Origin: an uncultured Alphaproteobacteria bacterium
GTDB taxonomy: Bacteria; Pseudomonadota; Alphaproteobacteria; RF32; CAG-239
Length of the DNA stretch: 64,000 nt
Reading direction: 5' to 3'
Assembly: GCA_949493535.1 (NCBI GenBank)
Contig: CASZWJ010000002.1
Location: forward strand, 119,165-183,164
Position numbers and translations under genes: made by a program. The first letter of the stretch is position 1. Every line of letters begins with the position of its first letter. The notes under the pieces were generated by a model. The model had not been told where the DNA came from. It saw nothing but the letters and a program-made list of their open reading frames with translations, and did no database searches. Of the stretch, positions 47,228 to 57,440 are shown piece by piece.

Positions 47228-48685
47228 TTATTCTTCCGGGTTTTCTTTTGTTTCGATATAAAAACAGCTTCCTTTTTCCGGAGATGATTTTACGCCGGCT
47301 TCCATTTGCAAAATATCCGCAATTTTTTTGACAATGGTTAATCCCAGTCCCGAACCGTTCTTCTTGTTGTTCGGAATGTTTTGGCTTTGATAAAATTCTT
47401 CAAAAATTAATTTTGTTTCTTCCGGCGCAATCCCTGCCCCGTCATCAATAACCATTATTTTAAGTTTGTTTTTATGCCGTTTACAGCCAACCAGAATCTT
47501 GCTCTTTGCATATTTGAATGCATTGCTTAAATAATTGCGGATTACCCGTTCCAGCAAAATAGGATCGCTGTTAATCAATTGGCTGCAAGGAACATATTTC
47601 AGCGTTATGTTTCTTTTTTCGGCAATATGTGCATATTCCTGCAAAATTCCGGATAATAGTGAATTTATATTGAAAGTCTGCAAATGGGCTTCGACACCGC
47701 CGGCTTCCAGTTTTGAAATATCTAAGAGGTTGTCGAGCAAATTGCGCAGATTTTCTGCCGAAGCATGGATTTTTCGGACAATGGAATATTGTTCGGCGCT
47801 TAAATCTTCATTCATTAACGTATCGATAAAAATGGCCAAAGCTTGCATAGGCTGTCTTAAATCATGGCTGGCCTGCGCCAGAAAATATGATTTTGCCCGA
47901 TTTAGTTTTTCGGCGGCAGCTTTTGCCGCTTCAAGGGCAATTTGTATTTCTACCAGATCGGTTAAATCTTGGAATGTGCCGGCTATTTTATGATTTTCAT
48001 CATTTTTAATCAGGCCGGCTTTGAAAAAGCAATGGGCGATTTTGCCATTGCCGCGTTTGATACGGAGCATTCCTTCTACGGGTTTGCCGCCGGTTACCAA
48101 TTGTTGCAGCTTCTCTTTATAAATGGGCAAATCTTGTTTGATAACCTGTTGCTTAATAATATTTTTTTTAACGGATATATTTTCGCCGCGAAGTCCGAAA
48201 ATGCGGAACATTTCAGCCGACCAAAATATTTTCTTGGCTTTAATGTCCAGTTCCCAATACCCCAGTTTGGCTGTGCGTTCGGCAAAATTCATGCGCTCTG
48301 AGGCTGTGTTCAGCAAACCGGATAATTGTTTTCGTTCGGTTATGTCCTCAATACACAACGCGGCAGAATCCGTATCAGGATAGATATAGATATTATAATG
48401 GCGCTGCTGATGTTTGATTTGCAGCGTATGCGGAATTTCGCGGACAATTGTTTCAACAATCAGCCTTTTGATGTTGTTGGTATTATCCGCATCAAAAATA
48501 TCTTCCAGACGGCTGCCGTTTAATCCTGTTTGGGAAAAAAGAAAGGCGCAGCGTTTATTGCAATAGGTAATCAGCCCCTGAATATTGCAATTCATCAGGA
48601 TGTTTGTGGATATATTGGTTAAAAATCTTAATCTTTCCGTTTCGTTATGCATTTGCCTGTCGTTAGTGAATATTATATTGAACAA
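47228..48685 (-). CDS. cytoplasmic PAS-domain sensor histidine kinase (no cognate regulator adjacent)
   Basis: H-box SHDLRQPMQALAIF, N/G1/G2 boxes (VIDDGAGIAPEE, GSGLGLTIVKKI); two PAS-like segments; no TM. Confidence 0.85.
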   Translation of the reverse strand: MFNIIFTNDRQMHNETERLRFLTNISTNILMNCNIQGLITYCNKRCAFLFSQTGLNGSRLEDIFDADNTNNIKRLIVETIVREIPHTLQIKHQQRHYNIYIYPDTDSAALCIEDITERKQLSGLLNTASERMNFAERTAKLGYWELDIKAKKIFWSAEMFRIFGLRGENISVKKNIIKQQVIKQDLPIYKEKLQQLVTGGKPVEGMLRIKRGNGKIAHCFFKAGLIKNDENHKIAGTFQDLTDLVEIQIALEAAKAAAEKLNRAKSYFLAQASHDLRQPMQALAIFIDTLMNEDLSAEQYSIVRKIHASAENLRNLLDNLLDISKLEAGGVEAHLQTFNINSLLSGILQEYAHIAEKRNITLKYVPCSQLINSDPILLERVIRNYLSNAFKYAKSKILVGCKRHKNKLKIMVIDDGAGIAPEETKLIFEEFYQSQNIPNNKKNGSGLGLTIVKKIADILQMEAGVKSSPEKGSCFYIETKENPEE

Positions 48686-49637
48686 GGAACTTGCCTATAC
48701 TGTCGTCGATTTTGAAAAACCAATCTTTGTATAAGAAGCTGCTGTCTTTGATATAATCACTCGCAAGCTTGGTTGGAAGAGATGTTGTTGATAAATTTAT
48801 TCTGACCCAATAAGATGTTTCATATTCATAAACTTCTATGCCGTAAATGAGGCCGGATTCCGTGAATATGACAATAGCCTTTTTCGGAAGAGCATCTTTT
48901 AACGGGGTGTTTTCCGAAATTTTGACCGAAGTGAAATTCAGAGCGGCAAATTGCTCTAAAAATGTGGAAATATTTATTTCTTTTTGGTTTAAGTCGTAAA
49001 ACGGAGATGCAGGTTCCCGACGAAAAGCAAATTGCTGTTCTGTTTCAGATTGAGTGATGACTGTTTCGACGCTCCGTTCGGAAAGCGTTATTAACGGCTG
49101 TTGGAGCCAATAGTCCAGCCTTTCAGGCAGATTAAAATCTCCGCTGATAAGCATTGGCGTTGAGGAATCTGCATATCGGGCATAATAAAAGCCATCATCT
49201 TCGGCACCGATGATTACATCGTTTATTTTTGCACCGCTGTTGTTAAAGGTTTGAATCGATATGCCTGCGGACGGCGTATCTTTATTTTCAGGAAATGCCA
49301 ATTGCATATCTGATGTAATGCCTTTCCTTATGACCGACTGGATTTTAGCTTCATTGAGGGTGTTAAACAAACTGTTTGTAATAACCAATCCGGCATAATA
49401 TCCGTCAGCTTCTTTAACGTGCCAAAATTTATCTTCACGATATAGCGTTGCCTGCATTTTTTGCGTTTTTATTTTGATTTTAGTAATATTCAGCCCGTCT
49501 TTGGCTGTTTCTTCAAAAAAGAGGCTGCCAATATCGGTTTGGTCTGCATTAACATTTTGTTCTCTGATTGACCATAAAACCAAAGATACGGACAGTACTG
49601 CCAGAATCAAGCTGAAAAGAAGCGCTTTTTTATTCAT
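48663..49637 (-). CDS. DUF4340-like protein (accessory to GldG-type ABC systems)
   Basis: N-terminal TM anchor, 324 aa, position immediately downstream of gldG-like gene. Confidence 0.5.
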   Translation of the reverse strand: MNKKALLFSLILAVLSVSLVLWSIREQNVNADQTDIGSLFFEETAKDGLNITKIKIKTQKMQATLYREDKFWHVKEADGYYAGLVITNSLFNTLNEAKIQSVIRKGITSDMQLAFPENKDTPSAGISIQTFNNSGAKINDVIIGAEDDGFYYARYADSSTPMLISGDFNLPERLDYWLQQPLITLSERSVETVITQSETEQQFAFRREPASPFYDLNQKEINISTFLEQFAALNFTSVKISENTPLKDALPKKAIVIFTESGLIYGIEVYEYETSYWVRINLSTTSLPTKLASDYIKDSSFLYKDWFFKIDDSIGKFLVQYNIH

Positions 49638-51486
49638 TTATCAACCTCAATATTTTTTGTTTTTGCCGGCGTTTGAAAATCTTTATGCAAATCCAAAGAA
49701 GCAGAATCAGCAGCATCGGAGCCAACAAAGCATTTACAACGATTATTTCGGCGGCTTTGCGTTCATTAGCCGTTTTGATGCGGTATTCAATTAATTTTAA
49801 TTCCTCTTGCAATTTCAGGAGCTGACGGTGATGATTTTCTATCTCTTGAATTTTGCTAATAGACAGTCCGACTTCGTTTGACCGCAGAGATGCCTTGAAT
49901 GTTTCAAGTCCGTTCAGCAACTCCGTTATTTCATTTTCCTTTTTTTGATACGCTGCGGCATAATTTTGAAAAACAAGGTTATAAATTTGTTCGCCGATAC
50001 TTTTATCCATGTTAATAAGGTAGTTCGGATAAAGGCCTGCAATATCGCCGTTGCCGCTCATTATATCAATTGCCCGAAGCAGGAAATCAGCATTGTTTGC
50101 GCCTGGGATTTGATCATATACGGTTGAATTTTCTTTGTATTTTGCCAGATTCCACGTGTCATCAGCCAGAAAATCAGAATCCGCAATAACCAAAATTGAC
50201 GCCGGTTCGATTGAACCGATTAAGAAAGGCTGATGTTTATATTCCTGTTCTGTTCCGGCAATGATACTTTGTTCAAACAAGGATTCAAACCAACCGGTTG
50301 CAAAATAGCCTAATACATGTTTGTTGCCGTCGCTTTTGAAACTGTTGTTAACAGATCCCTTATCGGCAAATTTAGCAAAATCGGCAGCTACGGTTCCGCC
50401 GTCGGCCGTTGTTGCAAAAAGCGGAGTATAGTTTGCATTTTCTTTGTTGCTTGCGGAAACAGCTCCGGGGCTGCGAAAACTGAAATTCAGGAAACCGTCC
50501 GTAAAAATATTTCCGGAATTTTTATCTTGAGGCACATCAAACCAAAGGACAAAATTGTTGTCTCGGCGAATGCCTTGGCGTTCTTTGGTGCTGAGGCTTT
50601 TATCGCCTATAATTTCATCAGGGTTGAATTGAAGCCCCAATTTGCTGAGCAACGGAAGCAATTTGTTTTTATATAAGGCTGAAGCCGGATGTTTTGCTAC
50701 TGCTTGTTCCGAATACGGATCTATCAGCAAAACCAGCTTGCCGCCGCGCATGATGTATTGATCCAGTGCATAGATAAAAGAATTGGGTACCTGCTGCGGG
50801 TTGTTAACCAGCAAGACGCTGATCCGTTTGGGAATGCTGATGTTCTGCGGATTAATTATTTCTACGTTATAATCATTTTCCAGCTGTTTTATAAACTGCC
50901 CTTTTGAAATATCCGTGCCGAAATCGGCCACTCCGATTGTTTTTTTCTGAAATTTTCCTAATTTTCCGAGTATTCTTGAGATGTCGTATTCAGTATAATT
51001 TTGGCGTTGAACGGAAAAATACGGAATGGTATAGCTTTTGCCTTTTTCACTGGTAAAGACGGCGCCGAAATACAGGTTTTCTGCTCCCGTGTTATCAGGA
51101 AAAGCGCGAATTCCGGCGGCTTGAGCTTCTTCTTCGGCAATAGAAAACGGTTCGGGATTTTTTACATTTATTGTAATTTTTCCGTCAGCCAAAGTTTGAT
51201 ACTTTTCAAGCAGGCGGAATAAAAATTGACTCTGTAACCCTAGTTCGGGATATTCGCTGCCGAGATTTTCAGACTGATAAACAGTGACGTTGACCGGAGA
51301 TGTCAAATTTTTGACAATCTTTTCACTCTGAGTATTCATTGTCATACGGTGTAAAGACGTTATGTCTGCTTTATGCCGGCCGAACAGGACAGAACCGGCC
51401 GTTACCAGCATAACAAATGAGATTATTGTTAAAGCGGACAATGCAAGGAGATAGCTGTTTTTTATGGTTTGCATTTTAATCTTCAT
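49630..51486 (-). CDS. GldG-like ABC-transporter auxiliary protein (ABC-2 system accessory component)
   Basis: 618 aa, N- and C-terminal TM anchors around a large periplasmic domain; operon with ABC-2 permease and ATPase. Confidence 0.65.
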   Translation of the reverse strand: MKIKMQTIKNSYLLALSALTIISFVMLVTAGSVLFGRHKADITSLHRMTMNTQSEKIVKNLTSPVNVTVYQSENLGSEYPELGLQSQFLFRLLEKYQTLADGKITINVKNPEPFSIAEEEAQAAGIRAFPDNTGAENLYFGAVFTSEKGKSYTIPYFSVQRQNYTEYDISRILGKLGKFQKKTIGVADFGTDISKGQFIKQLENDYNVEIINPQNISIPKRISVLLVNNPQQVPNSFIYALDQYIMRGGKLVLLIDPYSEQAVAKHPASALYKNKLLPLLSKLGLQFNPDEIIGDKSLSTKERQGIRRDNNFVLWFDVPQDKNSGNIFTDGFLNFSFRSPGAVSASNKENANYTPLFATTADGGTVAADFAKFADKGSVNNSFKSDGNKHVLGYFATGWFESLFEQSIIAGTEQEYKHQPFLIGSIEPASILVIADSDFLADDTWNLAKYKENSTVYDQIPGANNADFLLRAIDIMSGNGDIAGLYPNYLINMDKSIGEQIYNLVFQNYAAAYQKKENEITELLNGLETFKASLRSNEVGLSISKIQEIENHHRQLLKLQEELKLIEYRIKTANERKAAEIIVVNALLAPMLLILLLWICIKIFKRRQKQKILRLINE

Positions 51487-51497
51487 AAAGCCTCTCC

Positions 51498-52229
51498 TTA
51501 GTTTCTTTTATAGTCAATGCTGACAATGTTCAGCCAGAGGGCGAAAACTGTCAACAAAACAAAATAGAGCAGATTATCCAAACTTATTTGTCCGGAGATA
51601 ATGTCATAATAGTGTTTATCAAAGTTCAAAGAATTTTGAATGCGTGAGGAAATTCTTTCAGGAAGCCCTGCCCGGCTTATCAACCGGCCGAAATTTCCGA
51701 AAACCAAAAATCCGCATAAAAAAGAGGTGAAAATATAAGAAGATACCGGAGAGGCGTTAAACGAAGAAACCATGCAGCCTAAGGCACAAAAAGAACCGGC
51801 CGTTAAAATACAGGCCAGATAACCGCAAAGAATGTTTAAATTATCTGTTTCAAAATAAATATTCATATAAATCCAAAACGGAATTGTCAGCGTCAGTATA
51901 ATCAAGCATAAAACCCAGGCGGCAAAAAATTTGGCCAAAACGATTGCCGTGATGCTAACCGGCTGGGTCAGCAGAAATTCTATGGTTCCCGATTTTCTTT
52001 CTTCTGCCCATAGACGCATTGTAAAGGCAGGTGTCAAAAAGGCAAATACAAAGCTTTGGAAATAAAAGAAAGAGAATAGGTCTGCATTATTTATACTGAA
52101 GAATCCGCCAAGGAAAAAAGTGATGAACATTGACAGTAAAATATAAGCTGCCATAAGAATATATGCCAAATTCGTGTTGAAAAAGGCGGCAAGTTCTTTT
52201 TTTAAGATTACAAAAAACTGTTTAATCAT
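51498..52229 (-). CDS. ABC-2 family transporter permease (GldF-like)
   Basis: 243 aa, 6 TM helices. Confidence 0.7.
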   Translation of the reverse strand: MIKQFFVILKKELAAFFNTNLAYILMAAYILLSMFITFFLGGFFSINNADLFSFFYFQSFVFAFLTPAFTMRLWAEERKSGTIEFLLTQPVSITAIVLAKFFAAWVLCLIILTLTIPFWIYMNIYFETDNLNILCGYLACILTAGSFCALGCMVSSFNASPVSSYIFTSFLCGFLVFGNFGRLISRAGLPERISSRIQNSLNFDKHYYDIISGQISLDNLLYFVLLTVFALWLNIVSIDYKRN

Positions 52230-52234
52230 GGCGG

Positions 52235-52978
52235 TTATCCGTTCTCATTCGTGATTTTGAAAAAAGCGGTTTCAATATTGTTTTCGGGAAACAGCCTTTT
52301 CAGTTCTTCCGGCGTGGTGTCTTTTACCAGTTTGCCGCGGTTCAACAGAATAACGCGGTTGGACAAAGCCTCGACTTCTTCCATAATATGGGTAGAAACG
52401 ATAATGATGTGGTTTTTGCCGTAATCGCGGATAAAGCGGCGAATGCTGAATTTTTGGTTGGGATCAAGACCTTCCGTCGGTTCATCTAAAATCAGGATTT
52501 CCGGTTTATGGATAAGGGCTGCCGCTATGCCGACACGACGCTTAAAACCTTTTGACAGGCTGTCTATTTTCTGATTAATAACGGAATCCAAATCCAAATT
52601 GACAACGACTTCGCGCAAATTGTCAATAAAATCAGTTCCGTCAATGCCGCGAAGAGATGCGCTGTATTTGATGAATTCAAAAGTTGTCATTTCATTATAC
52701 AAGAAGCCGCTTTCGGGGACATATCCGATTTTTTTCAGGCATTCCAGCCGATTGGTGCGAATATTCTTTTCATAAATATCCACTTCTCCCGAAGTTGGTT
52801 CTATATAGCCGGTTATCAGCCTCATCAATGTCGTTTTGCCGGCACCGTTCGGCCCGAGCAGCGAAACGACTTCCCCTTTTGATATGCAGAAGTTGATATT
52901 ATTCACGGCTTTTATGGCGCCATAATCTTTGCATAATTTTTTTACAACTATCATCTTGTTTGTTACCTTGTTATCCAA
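52235..52978 (-). CDS. ABC transporter ATP-binding protein (GldA-like)
   Basis: Walker A GPNGAGKTT, signature LSKGFKRR, Walker B ILILDEPTEGLD. Confidence 0.85.
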   Translation of the reverse strand: MDNKVTNKMIVVKKLCKDYGAIKAVNNINFCISKGEVVSLLGPNGAGKTTLMRLITGYIEPTSGEVDIYEKNIRTNRLECLKKIGYVPESGFLYNEMTTFEFIKYSASLRGIDGTDFIDNLREVVVNLDLDSVINQKIDSLSKGFKRRVGIAAALIHKPEILILDEPTEGLDPNQKFSIRRFIRDYGKNHIIIVSTHIMEEVEALSNRVILLNRGKLVKDTTPEELKRLFPENNIETAFFKITNENG

Positions 52979-53108
52979 GCTTAGATGTCTCTATATTAGA
53001 TACTTTTTTTTAAATTTTAACAATTATTTTCATTTTTCAAAATGTTTGGTGACAAAATATTTATTTTACATTATTTATATAGCTAACAATTAGTTTTTTG
53101 ACGGAGTT

Positions 53109-53627
53109 ATGATGACAGACGAAGTTTACTCTAAGGAAGAATCAAAATATTTAAAGGCAGGCATGTGTGTCGCTGCCCTGATTTTGGTTTTTACCGCATG
53201 GTATGTTTCAAACAAAGAAAGCATGTCCCATAAAAGCGATGGCAACTATTATGCCGTAGACGCCCGTTTTAACCGGACGGACGGCTTGCTGGTCGGAGAT
53301 CCTGTCCGTATGGCCGGAATGACTGTCGGGCGTGTGGTCAATGCAAAACTGGATGATAATTTCAAAGCAATTCTGACTTTAGACATTAAAGAAGGCGTCA
53401 ATATTCCCGATGACAGCAGCGCTTCCATTGTCAGCGCCGGCTTAATGGGATCAAAGTATATTGAAATCGAACCGGGCGGCTCAGAAGAATATTTGCCGCA
53501 AGGCGCTGAGTTTTCTTATACTCAAGACGCCATGGTATTAGAAGAGCTTTTGGACAGAATAGTCGGCATAGGCAAAGCTAACCGCAAAAAAGCCGGTTCT
53601 GATTGCGCCGATCAAAATAAAGAATAA
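53109..53627 (+). CDS. MlaD/MCE-domain protein, paralog 1
   Basis: N-terminal TM anchor then MCE domain (VDARFNRTDGLLVGDPVRMAGMTVGRV). Confidence 0.7.
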   Translation: MMTDEVYSKEESKYLKAGMCVAALILVFTAWYVSNKESMSHKSDGNYYAVDARFNRTDGLLVGDPVRMAGMTVGRVVNAKLDDNFKAILTLDIKEGVNIPDDSSASIVSAGLMGSKYIEIEPGGSEEYLPQGAEFSYTQDAMVLEELLDRIVGIGKANRKKAGSDCADQNKE

Positions 53628-53641
53628 ATAAGGAGAGTTTT

Positions 53642-54106
53642 ATGAATAAGAAACCTGTTGAAACAATTATGGGGCTGGTCGTATTAGTCGTAGCCGCATT
53701 TTTTCTGTTTTTTGCCTACAAAGTTTCGGATTTGCAGGTTGTTAAAGGTTATGATGTTCACGCCAAGTTTTTGAAAGTCGGCGGATTAAACGTCGGTTCT
53801 GATGTCCGCATTAACGGTATTAAAGTTGGTTCGGTTGTTGCCCTTTCTTTAGATAAAGATGATTTTATTGCAAATGTGACAATGAGTATCCTGCCCAATG
53901 TCCAACTGCCTAAAGACAGCGTGGCCGCAATTGTCGGCGACGGATTGATGGGCGATAAATTTATTAAAATAGAACCCGGCAAATCTCAGGAAATGCTGCA
54001 AAACGGCGACAGTCTGGCTAAAACGAAAGATTTTAAAACTTTAGAAGATATGGTCGGCGAAATTATTTTCATGGTGACAGATAATGGAAACGGTGAAGAA
54101 AAATAA
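53642..54106 (+). CDS. MlaD/MCE-domain protein, paralog 2
   Basis: same architecture (VHAKFLKVGGLNVGSDVRINGIKVGSV); tandem to paralog 1. Confidence 0.7.
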   Translation: MNKKPVETIMGLVVLVVAAFFLFFAYKVSDLQVVKGYDVHAKFLKVGGLNVGSDVRINGIKVGSVVALSLDKDDFIANVTMSILPNVQLPKDSVAAIVGDGLMGDKFIKIEPGKSQEMLQNGDSLAKTKDFKTLEDMVGEIIFMVTDNGNGEEK

Positions 54107-55013
54107 ACTTCTTTTGGGAACAGCGCTTTGTTGCAGCCTGTTAGCTTTTAATGCCGCAGCCAAAGAAATTGATACAAACACGGCGCAGATGCAGGCTATG
54201 GATAAAATAACGGGCAAAGTCAGCCTGATTGAAGTTCCTGTTAACGGCAATGTGCTATTCGGCAGTTTTTCTATTGTCGTTCGGGCTTGTAAAACGCGTC
54301 CGCCGGAAGAAACCCCCGAGAATTTTGCTTTTGTTGATGTTGTTGACGATTATAACAGCGCCAAGCCGGTTAATATTTTTCGCGGCTGGATGATGTCTTC
54401 AACCCCTGCCCTGAATCCCGTTGAGCATCCGATTTATGATGTTTGGCTGTTGAAATGTACGGACAGGCAAGTTGATAAAAACAAGTTGTTGTCAGCAGAA
54501 CAGCTGAAAGAGCGTGACAGCATAGAGAAAGCGCCAAAAACCGAACCATTAAAGGTAAAAACGCCTGAAAAAGCTTCTGAAGACGAAGTAAAAGAGAGTG
54601 TTGAACCTGTTGAGGATACAGAGGGTAAAACTGTTTCTGACGAAACGGATGTATCTTTGCCCCAAGAGCCAAATCCTGAATTTTCAGAAGAAAGAAAGCT
54701 TGATGATTCTGCTATTGTTAATCCGGAACCATTAATAGAGAATGAAGTTCAGGACATACAGGAAGACGGTGCTCCGAAATCATTGTTGAATATCGGCAAT
54801 TTTAATACGGAACCAAATCAGGAAACTGTATCTGACGATGTTGAAAAAACATCTGTCGAATTGACGGCACCTGTTGTTGAGGAAGTTATTATTAACCAAG
54901 AAACCGGACAAAATGCATCGGAAACTTCTGAGGAAACTATCGAAAGTCAGGAGATTATTTTGGAAGAGCCGGAAGAAACTCTTGATATGGTCTCTGATCG
55001 CCTTAAAAATTAA
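54084..55013 (+). CDS. hypothetical secreted protein with acidic E/T/P-rich C-terminal half
   Basis: signal peptide LLLGTALCCSLLAFNAAA; start overlaps MlaD paralog 2 stop; low-complexity tail. Confidence 0.5.
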   Translation: METVKKNKLLLGTALCCSLLAFNAAAKEIDTNTAQMQAMDKITGKVSLIEVPVNGNVLFGSFSIVVRACKTRPPEETPENFAFVDVVDDYNSAKPVNIFRGWMMSSTPALNPVEHPIYDVWLLKCTDRQVDKNKLLSAEQLKERDSIEKAPKTEPLKVKTPEKASEDEVKESVEPVEDTEGKTVSDETDVSLPQEPNPEFSEERKLDDSAIVNPEPLIENEVQDIQEDGAPKSLLNIGNFNTEPNQETVSDDVEKTSVELTAPVVEEVIINQETGQNASETSEETIESQEIILEEPEETLDMVSDRLKN

Positions 55014-55030
55014 GATATTAAATAAAAAAA

Positions 55031-55057
55031 GCTCCGCTCCGTTAAGGGGCTTTTTTT
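55031..55057. terminator. bidirectional terminator
   Basis: GCTCC-GTTAA-GGGGC (one G.U) flanked by A7 and T7. Confidence 0.5.
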
Positions 55058-55148
55058 GCGGCATGCAAGGCCATCTGGGAAGATCGTATACTTTTAAGCA
55101 TGGAAAATCTATTTGTTTTCGGATTATCCGAAGATATGCACCGGGGAA

Positions 55149-56594
55149 TTATTTTCGCCAGAAATTGCGGGTCAGGACGACAAGCAGCGTCAGCACTTCC
55201 AAACGCCCTAACAGCATGGCAAAAGAGCAAATATGCTTGGCAAAGTCTGTTAAAGAAGCATAACTTCCGGCCGGCCCTACAATACTCCCTACGCCCGGCC
55301 CCGTATTGGTCATGCAGCCGATGACGGCGCTGAATGCCGTTGTAAAGTCAAGCCCTGTTACGGCAACCAGAACAGTTAAAACTATAACGCTGAAGCTGAA
55401 AGCCGATATAAAGACAAAAACAGATGAAATAATCTCGTTGCTGACTGTCATGTCTTTGATTTTTACGGGCAAGATACGATTGGGCTCGGTCGAATTTAAT
55501 AAGTTTTTTTTCAAGAATGCCAAGATAACCTGCCAGCGAAATGTTTTAATTGAACCTGTGGTTGATCCAGTACAGCCACCGGTCAAAGAAAATATGATAA
55601 ATATCGTTTGGGCAAAAAATCCCCATTTCATATAGTCGACGGAAGCCATGCCGCAGCCTGTTGTAGCAGAAACCACATTGAAGGAAGAAACGCGTAATGC
55701 AGACCAGAAATTGTAACCGTTATCACTAAAAGCCAGCCAAATTGCCGTTATCATGATATAAATGAACAATGTTTTCAGAAAAAACGGCACTTGTTCAGTT
55801 CTGAAAGAATGTGTATTTCGGCGTTGAAAGAGTACCAAATAATAAGTCAATGGCAGCGATGCGGCAATCATAGCTGCAATTAAAACAAGTTCAGCGGCAA
55901 GGTTATCAAAATATCCGACAGAAGCCGTTTTAGTTGAAAAGCCACCGGTTGAGACTGCTGAAAGCGCGTGGTTGACAGCATCAAATCTGCCCATGCCGGC
56001 CCAAAGCAGACCGGCAAATGTCAGTACCAGCAAAACGCAATAAATAAATATTATTCTTTTTGCTATATAGCTGATTTTCGGCATTAATTTATCATTTAAA
56101 TCGGAATTTTCCCTTTGAAACGTTTGCATGCCGCCAATTCCTAAAAACGGCAAAAGAGCAACGGCGAAGATAACAATGCCGATCCCTCCCAAACCGTTTA
56201 GCAGCGAACGCCATAAAAGCACCGCTTTTGAGGTGTTATCAATGTCTGTTAATATTGTGGCGCCGGTTGTGGTTATTCCTGATGTCGCTTCAAAAACGGC
56301 ATCAGTCCAAGTCTGTGTTGTTCCCGAGAGCATAAAAGGCAATGCTGCCAGCAAAGATAAGGAAACCCAGCTTATTGCCGTCAGCAAATACCCTTGGCGA
56401 ATCGTAATTTTTTCAATTTTGGTATGATTGCCTAAAAATAATGATAAGCCGATGAATAGCGATATTATTGCCGATGTGATAAACGGAGACCAGTCTTGCT
56501 TTGATGAATAAATGTCAACAGCGGCCGGAAAAAGCATGGACAATCCGAGCACGCTGATAAAATATCCGCTTATCATCAGTACCGGCTGCCACAT
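55149..56594 (-). CDS. trkH: Trk-system potassium uptake protein TrkH/KtrB family
   Basis: 481 aa polytopic membrane protein with repeated selectivity-filter-like segments (TTGATI, STGGFS, TTGCGM, CTGSTTGS). Confidence 0.85.
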   Translation of the reverse strand: MWQPVLMISGYFISVLGLSMLFPAAVDIYSSKQDWSPFITSAIISLFIGLSLFLGNHTKIEKITIRQGYLLTAISWVSLSLLAALPFMLSGTTQTWTDAVFEATSGITTTGATILTDIDNTSKAVLLWRSLLNGLGGIGIVIFAVALLPFLGIGGMQTFQRENSDLNDKLMPKISYIAKRIIFIYCVLLVLTFAGLLWAGMGRFDAVNHALSAVSTGGFSTKTASVGYFDNLAAELVLIAAMIAASLPLTYYLVLFQRRNTHSFRTEQVPFFLKTLFIYIMITAIWLAFSDNGYNFWSALRVSSFNVVSATTGCGMASVDYMKWGFFAQTIFIIFSLTGGCTGSTTGSIKTFRWQVILAFLKKNLLNSTEPNRILPVKIKDMTVSNEIISSVFVFISAFSFSVIVLTVLVAVTGLDFTTAFSAVIGCMTNTGPGVGSIVGPAGSYASLTDFAKHICSFAMLLGRLEVLTLLVVLTRNFWRK

Positions 56595-56615
56595 ATGCTT
56601 TTCCTTTGTTTTTAG

Positions 56616-57440
56616 TTAATCCAAAGCCACGTTTTTAGAATAGCCGCGGTCAACCATCAGACGATTGATGTTTTCTCCGTTTACGGTGCAAACGACTGTT
56701 CCAATCCCTTGATAGGTATAGGCTTTGACTTTACATTCAATAATGTTTTGAGCGATAATATTGCGCAGAAAGTTTTTAGCTTCTATTCCCTTATCCGTGT
56801 TGGGATTTACATAAATGCCATGCAGAAAATAAGTTTTGCCGTAGAGTTCAATTTCATTAGCATTGTGAACCGTTGATTGTCCGGCAATAGGCTCTTCGTT
56901 TTCAACGAAAACCAGAGGCAGTTTTTTCTTGGCATCCGCCGGCTTTTCGGTAACAGCTGCCGGAGCCGGCTGTACAGCCGGCTGAACTTGGCGTTTTATT
57001 TCCCCTTGGGTGCGGGTCGTTTTTAAAACATCTATTGCTCCCGGAATCTCTTTCGCTTTTTCAAAAGTTTGGCGGCGGACGTTCTGCGGTTTTGTTTGCG
57101 GCGTTTCAACCACCTTCTCTATCGGTTTTTCCTGTGGAATGAATTTATCGATTTCCGGCATTGATATATTAATGTTGTCAACCATAGGCATAATTGCCTG
57201 TGTCTTTTCACTAATGGCATCGCTGATGTTTGTCGTGCGGTTTTTTATCTTGTTCCAGTACCATAAATGGACTTCAGCCGGTTTAACGCCCATAAATGTC
57301 GGGGCCAGATAAGCTATGGCTGCCAGAGGGATAAATATCAACGGCCGGCGGATCGGAAATGAAACAAGCATAAACAGGCGGTGGAAAAATTTGTTCCAGC
57401 CTTTCAACGTTAAACCGTCATTTTTTTCTTTTCTTTTCAT
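56616..57440 (-). CDS. membrane-anchored hypothetical protein with C-terminal SNase-like (thermonuclease-fold) region
   Basis: N-terminal TM, Pro/Gln-rich linker, C-terminal IELYGKTYFLHGIYVNP...GIEAKNFLRNII...NRLMVDRGYSK resembling staphylococcal-nuclease-like domains (weak). Confidence 0.4.
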   Translation of the reverse strand: MKRKEKNDGLTLKGWNKFFHRLFMLVSFPIRRPLIFIPLAAIAYLAPTFMGVKPAEVHLWYWNKIKNRTTNISDAISEKTQAIMPMVDNINISMPEIDKFIPQEKPIEKVVETPQTKPQNVRRQTFEKAKEIPGAIDVLKTTRTQGEIKRQVQPAVQPAPAAVTEKPADAKKKLPLVFVENEEPIAGQSTVHNANEIELYGKTYFLHGIYVNPNTDKGIEAKNFLRNIIAQNIIECKVKAYTYQGIGTVVCTVNGENINRLMVDRGYSKNVALD

